From Yuukianura sp. NJ FZ-2021 (taxonomy: Eukaryota), in the NCBI GenBank assembly GCA_046563655.1, contig CM102290.1:1674001-1738000 (forward strand): a DNA stretch of 64,000 nucleotides, written 5' to 3'. The translations under genes were made by a program, and so were the position numbers. The notes beneath the pieces were generated by a model, which saw only the letters and a program-made list of their open reading frames with translations, was not told where the DNA came from and did no database searches. The stretch's first letter is position 1. The number at the start of each line of letters is the position of its first letter. Of the stretch, positions 39,600 through 50,829 are shown piece by piece.

Positions 39600-40640
39600 A
39601 TGACGTCAGGAGGGAAGGACACTACCATTGGTGCTGGGGGGACAGTAGGAATCACAAGTATACTTCGATCGCCTACGGAAACATTCGTTGAAGTCGAAGT
39701 AGATGACAATGTCAACTATTCTCCGGATCTGACCACTTTGGACAATGTCAACTACTCTTCTGATCAGACCACTTTGGACAATGACAACGACGAAGACTCA
39801 GTATACGCAGACGCAGCGTCACTACTGTCAAATGACACAATTCCGATTTCGACGGATCCTACCGAAACCGACAATACAGCAGTACAGGAAGAGATTGTCC
39901 CGAGCCCGACATCCGGCAAGAGAGTCAGGTTCCTTGTACCAGCTGATCACAACGAAGCAGCCGACCGCCCACGGCCTGCCAGATTACTGTCTCGACGTCA
40001 TCGGAATCTTCACGAACTCGGTAGAACGCTAGGACATGCAGCACATCGCCGTCGTCGACGTCCAGCCCAACGGCCGCCACGTACCGGCTTCTTTGCCTCA
40101 ATCTCAGCATGGTTCAATACCGTTGGACACCGGATCCGTAAGATGAAGTTTCGGCGGGGACGAGGTGCCCGACGTTGTAAGAAAGCGGATCAGACGGTCC
40201 CACTTCTGGGAGAAACCGTGACCGGAATCGGGTCAGATACGGCTCAGACTAACCGGATTGGGACTTCAGCAGTTGGATCTACACAGTCTATTTTCGAGTA
40301 TGACGGATCATCTGATGGTGAGGGCTTGACTGGTTTATTTGACCAACACTTTCCTGGAGTGGAGTCCAAGATCGTCAATGAAATGTTCGTTGATTACCAA
40401 GTTTTTCTACGGAAGGAGCGACTGATGATGTTCTTCCGGTTGGAACAGGCCGAACAGGCTCATGGGACCGAATCCAAGACGGAAGAGGATGATGATGACA
40501 GTGTCGTGGGGGACTTTGATATTATTCAAAATAAGTGGGATCCAGAACCCATCTTGCGTAAGCACATTACGGATGCTGAACATGTCGCTCTGATTCTTCG
40601 AAACTTCCAGGACACCATACAAGACTTGTACCAATTCTAA
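39600..40640 (+). CDS. Hypothetical intronless protein, largely disordered
   Basis: Frame open from 39498 (380 codons) with first in-frame ATG at 39600. Raised GC in an AT-rich region. AATAAA near 40813. No recognisable family. Confidence 0.65.
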   Translation: MTSGGKDTTIGAGGTVGITSILRSPTETFVEVEVDDNVNYSPDLTTLDNVNYSSDQTTLDNDNDEDSVYADAASLLSNDTIPISTDPTETDNTAVQEEIVPSPTSGKRVRFLVPADHNEAADRPRPARLLSRRHRNLHELGRTLGHAAHRRRRRPAQRPPRTGFFASISAWFNTVGHRIRKMKFRRGRGARRCKKADQTVPLLGETVTGIGSDTAQTNRIGTSAVGSTQSIFEYDGSSDGEGLTGLFDQHFPGVESKIVNEMFVDYQVFLRKERLMMFFRLEQAEQAHGTESKTEEDDDDSVVGDFDIIQNKWDPEPILRKHITDAEHVALILRNFQDTIQDLYQF

Positions 40641-42794
40641 AGCAAAATCTCATCTCTACAAATCATATGTGTTCGTATAACGTACAAATTCAACTCCTAA
40701 ATTAGTCAAATTCCTAAATTAAGTTCCTTGGGATTGGCTTTTAACTGCTCGATTGTGGTACACGACACTAATCGATTAAAATTATGCGCAGGTATTTATC
40801 ATTTGGATGGTAAATAAAATACCATGTAAGTTGGTTTTTCATCAAAACGTTCAATAACTAACATATAACGTATGTAAATCTCTTACTTTCAGTAACATAG
40901 ATTAGTTAATTTAAACTTGTAATTAATTGCATTACTTTCCGTAATCTAAGTTTTTAAACTAAAGTTTTTGTTATAGTTTTACTAAATCATTTTTACAAAA
41001 AAGTTAAAGCGACAGGTACGAATTTTGGCGAAGACTCTAAAGCTGCCCCGGGTTGTTACTTGAACATTTACGGTAACGATGGAACATTTTACGCTGAAAT
41101 TGCTCAAAAACATACATAACAAAGGATGTTACCGCTGATTTTTTTTAATCTTTTCTCGATTGACAGGTTGCTAAGCTGAGATTGATTGATGAAGATCCTC
41201 TCGCTCCAACTTAGTGAACGCATCATACTACAAGATCAACGTTTCTTGTTTCAATTTGAATTTTCTACATAGTCTCTCGTTTCTTGAAGGAAGTTCACTT
41301 CCTGTCGTCGTTTGTTAAGTCAATCCTTCAAGTGGAAATCCGGTGTTTGGTGAAGAGAGTGTTCCAATTCTTCCTTTTTCAATTGTTTTTCAAATTTTAC
41401 AATAATTGAAAAATTAATATGAAATTTTGAAATTCAAGTTCCGCAGAGATGAAGAGGGAGGGATAATGCTGTTCTTGACCGTGACACGTACAGAAGGCCT
41501 TGTGCTGAATGGCGTCCTTTAAAATATGACTTCCTGGATGGCCTTTGTGCGATGTCTTGTGCAAAGGGAGATTTATACTTGTGAAGGGGGAATGACTGTA
41601 ACGTTAACGCATTTTGGTCCGTAGAGACAATGAAGTTGGTTGGACAATGCTCTACATTTACCATCCAAACTATCATTAACATCCCCAATTCTTTTATTTT
41701 ATTTGACTTCATTGTCTTTTCTTTGAAAAAAAAAAACAGGGAAATCAGTAACAGAAAGTGGGGCAGTACATACTACAGTGCGGAAGAATAAAAACTTCCA
41801 CGAAAAAAAAAACTTTAGATTTCTAGAAAGAAAAAACTCCAAATCGTTTTTCAATGTCTTCCCCACTTTCGGATTTTCATTTTCGAAAGACAAATTACGG
41901 CAATTTTCAGTCCGTTGTTAAAAAACGACATTCGTTATGTATTCTCTTAAGTTTTTTTTAAGACTTTTTCTTAGTAAAATTTAAGTTATGTTTAACTAAT
42001 TATTGTTAGAGCTAAGCTAAAAAAAAACTACCATTTTGTTTCAGTTTTGTTTTTTTTAAAGTTTTTTGGACGGAGGGAGTAACTATAAGAGAAAAGAGAA
42101 AAAGCCATAGTCATGTGCCTCAACTCAGCCGCCTTGAACCTGTTTGAATTCTCCGAACTTTTGAAAACCGTGCGTGAGGTTTTGCTTGTTGTTGTTTTCA
42201 GGAAAAAAAAAAGTACGTTTTCAACTTTTTTTCCATTTTTTTTTTGAAAAGTTGGGCGTAAGCTGGCTGTTGCCAGTACTTTTACTGCGTGAGTTTTTTG
42301 GGGAATTGGACACATGATATATATTAGTTTTTGGTAAGTTTTCTCACAAGGTAGCTCTCTGTAGTAACATTTAGAAGAAGAGAAAATTAAAAACTTGTCT
42401 AGAAAGCCAAGTGGTTTCTGTTTGAACAAAATGAGTTCGTTTTCTTCTAAAAAAAACTAGCCTAACCGGACACACGGAGAAGAGAAGAAGCTCCATTTCA
42501 AGGGTCAATAAATTTTGACCTGTCAATTTTTCTTCTTTTCATACAGAAACACTAGGGAAAGCGGTTGGTCAGACCAAGAAAGTTTTGTTTCACTTGTACC
42601 TAGTACTCCAGAAGAAGTAAATGCGACAAGCCACTGGACCAAGGTTCACCTCACGCCTGTTCCCACTTTCGGTCAGTTTTCAAAATTTTTGTCCGAAACG
42701 TCCGAGCAGTCTGAAACGCATAAACAAACGCATGTGCTAGACGAAACCTAGCCACGCCTCCCAAATTTTCATATCTACCGCGGGCCTTTATAAG

Positions 42795-43142
42795 CAGTGT
42801 TGCCGGCCGCTTAAACATCCAGTGGCTTAATTGCCACTTTCACTGGATATCCAGTGAATGAAACTTTTAGTGGATCGAAGAAATTAATGGTTTAGCATTA
42901 GCACGAAATTTAAAAAAAATCAAATTTAAAATTACGAAATAATATCAAAAAGAGTTTCTTTCAACGTTAAAATTACTTATTTAAAATTGAATTGTTTTGA
43001 ATTGTTTAGGCTTTTTGTATTTAATTAATTCAAACTCCGCGGGCGAAGCTACGCCCCTGTGGATCCATCCATTTCGTCCATTTATTCCACTGGATATCCA
43101 GCCGTGAACGAAATGTCGAAAAATGGATATCCAGCAACACTG
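42795..43142. mobile_element. hAT-type MITE (family F)
   Basis: TIR CAGTGTTGC / GCAACACTG. 8-bp TSD tttataag / cttataag. Subterminal TGGATATCCA repeats. Confidence 0.82.
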
Positions 43143-44101
43143 CTTATAAGGTTAAAATTAGTTTTGGTTATTTCGATCCACCGAAAAGGATTGGTCCGAA
43201 ATGTCTAAAAACACATTTTCAGACGACTGGAATGTCCAGTGACCGAAACTGGGAACTCTGGCCTAATGTTAACCTAGCCTAATGTTTCCTTGTGCTCAGC
43301 AAAAGGAGAAAACTATTAAGGTTTGGAGAATAAGAAGAGAAAGTTGCCGTGTCCAAATCTTCCTGGAATCTACTCCATCACACACAAAAACTCCCGGCTA
43401 AGTTAAGGTTTCGTTCCGCAAAGACCACTTTTTTTCTAGTTCTAGGAGAAGTTGGTGGTGCTATGGAAGTTAGAGAAAGAAAAAAAGGCGCCAAGACTTA
43501 AACTCAATATTTTCTTGTACGTTATAGTAAAGTGACTGAGCATTTCGTTCGTATTTTCCTTTGGTTTTGGTTTTTGGTATGGAGAAACCGTTTCTTTGGT
43601 TCATCAAAAAGGTAATCGGTCGGATTTATTTGAGCTACGGAGAGGAGCTACGTGAGCAGAATTTTCCCACTCAATTTTTTCAGTTTTTTCCGTTTTTCAG
43701 GTTCTAAAGGATTCAGAAGAGGTCCCTTGGATTATTACATTTATCACAGATTGATGACCTCGCCCTTTTCGCAGCCCTGCTTAAGGGCCCCCTCCTTTGT
43801 CCACTTTTCTGGACGACGCTCGAGAGCCCTTCAAGCAACTTTGTCGTTGTCCTGCAACGCACAAGCAACGCCGTGAGCACGCTCCACAATGTTCAGCCTT
43901 CAAAGCAAACGAAGATGAAGAAAAAAAAATTCAAAATCAAACACCAAAAAAAAAATTTTTTTTTTCAGTCCGCAAAAAAAAATTAAAGATGTTAGTTTTT
44001 GTTGAAACATATTTTTTAAAAAACTAGAATAGCTGTATGTCTGTCGTAACAGAAAATACAAAGGATCCGACGACATTTTACAATTTGAAGGTTGGCGGCC
44101 T

Positions 44102-44348
44102 CAAGGTTCCTTGACAAAGAAAAGCTAATTTTCTTTAACAGGTTGAGTACTACCTCGCTTGTTGACAAAAAATGAAAAAAAAATGGTAACAATTTTGACA
44201 ATTCGTATGTAAAATTTAAAAAATTCAGCTGTATTTTTGTGACTACGATGCCCTGAAATGAAAGGACACTTTTTTTTTCAAAATTGAAAAAAAAAAACGA
44301 TGAGGTATTACTTAACCTGTTAAAGAAAATCACAGTCAATAAACCTTG
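44102..44348 (+). mobile_element. MITE family A
   Basis: caaggttccttgaca ... aaaccttg. TSD ggcggcct / ggcgggct (7/8). Confidence 0.86.
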
Positions 44349-45246
44349 GGCGGGCTTTTGTATAATTCAAATTTGAAGTATCTCGCTTGCGTACTATAAC
44401 TTTTAAACAATTAAGAGTTTTAAGATGTCATTAAGCAGAGATAGAAAATTAGGGCCGTTTGAATGACGCGGTAGAATTTAATTTTCACCTTTTTCAAAAA
44501 AAAAGTTGTTCAAATTGAATTCTTGAAAGGGAATGGCGGGAAGGTTTTTGTGTTGCTCATGGAGCCAAGTCACGATTTCTCTGTTTACCTTTCCCGCCAT
44601 TCTCCTTTTTCTCCAAAGGGAGGCCTTAATAAGGGCTCCCTACGATCATTCCCCTCCGAAAAAAAAACCCGCCAAATTCTGTTTTCAAATTTGGCGGGCG
44701 TTTGTGTCAATCCATCGAATAGAGACATTTGCTGGGAGTTGTTTGGGCAAAGAACGGAAGTGATCTGAGCCGAACGTCTTCTGGAGTGTTTGTAATTAAA
44801 CCAAGATTAAAAACTTCCTTTCACTTTCTTCCATTTGGAAATTCCGGAGAGGTTTTAAAAGGGCAGGGATTAACGACCAGAAAGTTGCGGACTTAAAAAC
44901 AGAAAACGACTCTTTTTTTGTAGCTTTCTACGAATTCCTTCTCTTTTGCCTCGTTTGGGAAATTCAAAATCGATACTTTTACTCACTTTCTCTCATTTCT
45001 CATTTCAATTCAGGATGGGAGTGCAGACTTTCAGTTCGAATGATTGTGTACACCATGGTCCACAAATCAACAAATAACTCTTTCTGCTTTTAAATTTAAC
45101 AGGCAGTTATCAAAAAAAAAAATTGGGAGCTTCAATTCAATTGGTTGAGTTCAAATAGCTCAACTGCCAAATTTGTTCAATGTGTTAATTGAACTTGTCA
45201 ATTGCTTGATTTGTGAAGTTTGTGTTGCACTAATTTTTTGTTGAAT

Positions 45247-45482
45247 CAAGGTTTGTAAAAAAAAAAAACGATTTTTCTACACCAGGTTGTCTAATAACTC
45301 GATGATTTTCATTTTATTTTACAATTTGAAAATTTTTTTCCCTACGGTAATTATGTTCATGTAAAGCAATTGGAATTGGGAGAAAATTGGGGGAAAATAT
45401 TATTTGAAGCAAAATTTTTGCAAACCCCAAGTTATTGGAGAACCCGGTGTAGGAAATACAATTCGGTTGTCAAGGAACCTTG
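45247..45482 (-). mobile_element. MITE family B (reverse orientation)
   Basis: Ends tgtcaaggaaccttg. Homologous to the reverse complement of 23516-23732. Confidence 0.75.
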
Positions 45483-47808
45483 AATATAATGTAATAATAT
45501 ATGTTGACCGTCCAGAAGTGTCAGGGAATCCTTCGACATTGAACCAAAGTGAAATCCAAAATTTGAGCAAGGTTCTTCAACGCTCTCCTGCACCTAACCT
45601 AAACCTTTCACTCTCACTTCCAACAGCATCACAGAGTCACCCTAATGCATGCTTGATCGTAATGGATTTTTTCTCTCGTTTTTTTTTAAATCTGTCCAAT
45701 TCTTAACATTTTCATATTTTTTTTTGTTCTTCAAAATGGAATCAGTCACTTGGGAGGCGAAAATGAGCTTCCGATTCTTTTAACTTGAACCAAAAGAAAG
45801 GAATTTTTAACCAAAAGAAAGTTGGCACGATTGAAAAAAATTTTTTTTTTGTTACAAATGGACCAATTTTGAGGTACTCTGAAAAAAAAAAATTCTAAAT
45901 TAATTTTACATTAGCCTAAAAGTTAAAGCGGGAAATTTAAAATTCAAGTTTTTACCTCATTTTTTTTTGAAAAAGTAGAGCCACCTTTGCCACAAAATGA
46001 TTCAATTAGTTTTTAAGGTAGGTTAACTAATTAAGTTTTGGTTCAATTAAGTTACCAAGAAATTTTTTTTGACATGCTAACAGGAAAATTCAATTTGTTA
46101 AAACCTGCTGAACTGCAATGGTCCAATTAAGTAGCTAAAGGAAGGCTTTCATATAAGGCAGGATGTACTGGTGAGAAAAAGTGCAGCGTCAGGGCTTTTC
46201 AAATACGCGCCCGGGTTATTAATACGAAAAATTACGGTAAAAATGCACTTTACAGGTCAGCGACCACTGCAGTATCCCGACACTGTTACTGTCGCTTTTT
46301 TTCAAGCATTTTTGACAGCATTTCCTCACTGCTCCTCCGACTTTTCTTCTTTTCGTTTCTTCTGCAGCAGTGAGCCAGCAGCGCTCAGAACCGAAAACGA
46401 AAGTGAGTGAAGGGGGGGCCCTTTGCTCTTCCTGACTAGAATGAATTAGGGCTCTTAATATTTCTCATCCTTAAGCCAAGGTATTGTTCCCCTGTGTCCT
46501 TTCGGTGTTAGTTACACAAATTAGTTTCCCGTTTCTGAGTCTTCTGTATACTAATGGGCGTCGTCTCTTCAACTCTGCCACGGCATTACTAAAAACAAGC
46601 ATAAAAATTTAACAGTAACATGTTCCAGTTCCTTCGTAAGCATATAGCCATCTTCTTGAAAAAAGAGCAACTTTTCTAACCCAAGACCCAACGAGTTTTT
46701 GAAGTTAGGCTGAAACTTGACTGTTTTGAAAAAACAGGAGAACAAAGTTTGTCAAAGCCCAAAAGGCTGGAGAGCTGGAGCATTGGGAATTGGATCTTGT
46801 TCGTCTTGGATGTTTCGGAGATGACTTTTTTTCGTCTTGGAAAGTTGTTTGGTCAGAAAGTGCCGTCACATGTCCTGCCTCGGTAATAAGGAAAGTCTTA
46901 GAGCGTTGTGAAGTTCGTTCCTCCTGCGTCTCTGCGCCTATAAGACAAAGAAAGAAGAAAAGTTTTTAGTTGTCGGAAGGCCTCTAGCCATAAGCCGTCT
47001 TCCTAAATTAACACCTTGTACGACACGACCAGAAAGGTTTAGGAACTTTTGTGGAGCTTCTAGTCGTCTTGGAGGCAGAGAAAGATTTATCACCACCAGA
47101 AGTAGTAGTAAGGGGCTCTCCTTTGGTTTGGACCCAGTAGTTACTCCCTCCGTCGCTGGAAACATCTTTAGAATCTTGGTGAAAATTTTTCTTAGGCTGG
47201 AAAGAAAGATGTTTGTTAAATATTTCCGGGCTTAAGAAGATCCTCGGCAGGCGCCTCTATTCAAACTTTTCCACTTCCATACATCAAGCCAAGGTTTGAA
47301 GCCGTTTTCCTCCTCTCCTCGATTCTTCCAACGCGCATAACTTGTCGGCTGCCTTTCTCTAGTCATTATTATAATAGGCTTAGAGGGACCTCAGGTGGAG
47401 TTTTACGGTTTCCCTGTTGTTCCGTGTTGAGCAGGAAGGCTGGTTGCAACGTCGCGGTTCGTTGTAGTAACAAAGTGGAAGAAAACTTGTGATTGATCCT
47501 CAGCTTTCCCTCTGGCATGAGAAATGACAGTTCTCCACTCGTCTGAATAAAACGGATGAGGAAAGAGAAAGTTAGCAGAAAAAAAAGTAGACTCAATTAC
47601 CGAAACTCAGGACCCAGAACGAAAAACAAACAACTGCCAAAAACTGCATCAGCTCAAAATTCCTTCAAGGTAAATGGACTGCTCAAAACCTTTTGTTTTT
47701 ACTACAAAGGAAACAAAAAAGTTCATAACGAATTGAAGAAAAAAGTAGAATTGGTTCATAATGTGAAATGAATATTGACACTAATAGTGTACATTGTTAC
47801 ATGAAACG

Positions 47809-48535
47809 TTAGTTTTCCCAGGTATTCCAACCACCCATGTCAGTGTCCTTGTTGACACGAGTCAACTTGGTTGGGTCAATTCCTTGATCCATTTTCCAGT
47901 GACTCATGTTGTAATCCCAGTACACCATATTCCGAGTATCATCGCTTGCAATGGAAAGAAATCGTGCTGGTTCTTTTCCTTCTTGTTTAGCTTTGGTCCA
48001 TTCTTCAGGCGGATCAACCGAGGTCAGGTCAACGAACTTCTTCGGCTTTGGTTTCCCATCGTCCACTTCGTTATCAGAGTCGGACTTATCACTATCTTCT
48101 ACAGCAAGACCAAGAGATATAAGGTGTGCTTTGTGTTCTCGTGCTGCTCGACGCTGTAATAGATCCAATAAGTTATTTAGTATATCTCTGTAAACATTTC
48201 AATAAGATTAGTATAATCAAGGTCTTAACAGCAAGACGTCGTCGACTGATGTAGCACACAAGTCCACACTTCCGAACAAGTTGTTCCTTCCAGTCGTTTG
48301 GTATACATATGTACGTCAGTTGTAGTTTATGGGCGACATGGAGGCATCGCATCGTAAGTTGCTTCTTGGTTAGACCGGCTTTCTTCTTCTTCGACAATTT
48401 CGTATACCATTCGCAAAGTTCTTCGATGAGTAATTCCTGCTTCCTTTCCTTCACATTAAACCGGAGACTTGCTAGTTGTTCCTCTTCGATTAATTCCTGA
48501 ACTGCTTTGGGACGGAAGGCGGAAGGAGCTGTCAT
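47809..48535 (-). CDS. Hypothetical two-exon protein (orphan)
   Basis: ORFs 48173-48556 and 47809-48168 can be joined by a phase-2 intron ending ...ctaat...tgtttacag at about 48189. The donor is uncertain (48314 or about 48270). ATG 48535 follows an acceptor, and upstream UTR-like exons are present. Confidence 0.5.
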
Positions 48536-50040
48536 CCTGCTTCTCTTCACCGACAAATTCTACATAGAAAATGAAACATCGATTTGTAAAGTTTCTCAAC
48601 TAATTAATCATTAGCGAATAGTGACATAATACCTTTATGTCTACACTGTTTTACTCCGTTCAATAACGAACAACAGTTACGATTTACGCACGACACCCCT
48701 CAAGATACTTAACTAAAACAAACTCTACGGAAACCATACAGTTACCGACAAAGACAAGCAAAAGCAAACTATTAATTAGTTTGCTTGTTTGATTAATTAA
48801 GTGGATTATTCACTTACCTTATCACAACAATGTTACACTGTAACACCGGTCAAATTGAAATCAAGGCAAGCGGATCAGCGGATGACGCGTACAATGTGTC
48901 GTGATGTACCAACGGACAAAATTGAGGTTGACTTAGCCCCGTTATACACTAATGGTCCACTTATATTGCCATTTTATGTTAGACTTGGTTATGTTAGAGC
49001 GGCTACAAATGTTGCCACCGAGGTGTAGCCACCTATTGAAGCCACACAAGATGTGAAAACCGAAACCGAAGAATCACAACAATGACACAGAATTGGCGGG
49101 CTAGAGGAAGAAAGAATGCGATAAGGAATTTATACCACCCTCCAGAGTTGGGCATTTTCATCTCACCTGCAGAGCTGGGCATTTCATTTCCATTACAAAA
49201 TAGTATCCACAAGTAGCCATTTCATTCACCAAACGCACGTTAATCGTTTTACTTCTTTTTTTTACATCAAATTTAAGCGTTTGATTCCCAACTACGAAGT
49301 TTATAGTTGCCCCAAACCTTGACCATTCTTGCCAGCGAATTAAATTTTGTCTAGTTAAAAATGATCTCAACAACAAAAATTACATTAAATTTTTATCGTG
49401 ACCGCGACGTCATATGGTTCTTAGGTACATAGTAAGTTTTATTGAGACATTGTACTTGGACGATGCGGTTGAAAGTGGCTCGCTAAAATGTTTGTAGCGG
49501 CAAGAATGGGACATGGAACACCAAAGAAAGAAAATGACGATGTCAAGGTTTGAGCGTCTTTCGGAATAGTTTACAACAGTGACAGATGAGTACATCACAG
49601 AAAAACCCGGGGAGAAAAGAAACCCGAGAAAAGAGGGAGTCAACGACACGCACTTTCTCCAAGCAAAAGGAGAAAGTCGTGGGACACCACTGCTGTGGGT
49701 TCTCCAGAAAATTTTCCAAAGAAAAAGTTGGATCCTTCCAGAATTTTTTTGTTGTTGGTAAATAAATAAAGACAGACGCTCCTTGGAGAAATACACTTAA
49801 GAACAACTAATGTGACAACTTAACAATCCTGGAAAATCTGTTGAAAACCTTCATCTTTTTATTCACAAAGGAAAGAAAGAGATACATATGCTTAAAAGTG
49901 TATTTATTCATATGGAAATGTCAACTTTTCATGCTCAGATTCTTCTTTTTAAAAACCAAATCCTACACTAACAAACGAATTTCATACTGTCAAAATTTTA
50001 AAATCAAAAACTTAACCTTACACCAGCTTTTTCTCTTTTT

Positions 50041-50191
50041 CTACCACTTTTGTCCACTAAGATTTTAATTCTACCACTTTTGTCCACTGACATTTAATTT
50101 CTACCACTTTTATCTACTAACCCTTCGTTTCTGTCACTTTTGTCCACTAACCTTTGATTTCTGCCACTTTTGTCCACTAACCTTTCATTTC
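50041..50191. repeat. Five 30-bp tandem repeats overlapping the stop codon of the SAA-like gene
   Basis: ctaccacttttgtccactaa...ttt units starting at 50041, 50071, 50101, 50131 and 50161. Confidence 0.92.
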
Positions 50192-50829
50192 AGCCATGGC
50201 CCGATCCCGTCCACGCCGATTGGCGGCCATTGTGTTCTTAACTTCCTGTGGCGTGCGCATGTCACCGTATCCTTTACGGGCAGGTCCTTTGTTGTACTTT
50301 GTTGTAAATCGAACATTTTTGTACTGCTCACGAACGGCTGAAATTCCTTCAGCTAAACGTGGATTGCCCATGCGTTTTGTTGCGTCATAGTTGGCCTTTT
50401 CATGAGCACTACAAAATACAAAATAGAAATTTTTGAAATTTGGATTTTGAAAAAGTTAGTTTGTCCGACATACTTCAAGTTTCCTCCGCGAATATTTGCT
50501 GTTCTCATGTCACTGTAGCTTTTACGGAAGTCATTCATGGATTTAACTGTATCAATTGGATGACGGATGAAAGATTTTGCAATCGTTCCAAGGCCAGTGC
50601 GATGTCCAGTTTCATCTCTCGGACGAATCTTGAAAAAGTTCTTGCCCTGAGCAACAAAAAAAATTCATGGTAAACATACCCTATAACTTATTTAAAAAAA
50701 ATATTTGACCTTTGACCTCCTTCTAAAAACATTTGACCTTTGACATACTCTTACCTCCACAAACGTCATTGCCAAAAGAAACACAAGGAAGACACCAGGA
50801 ACGCTTTTCTGAAAACCAAGCAACTGCAT
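50177..50829 (-). CDS. Serum amyloid A-like secreted protein (159 aa)
   Basis: Exons 50829-50755, 50646-50474 and 50408-50177, GT-AG and phase-compatible. Signal peptide, then DFRKSYSDMRTANIRGGNLNAHEKANYDATKRMGNPRLAEGISAVRE...AANRRGR, which aligns with SAA [47 protein letters not shown]...AANEWGR. Confidence 0.8.
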
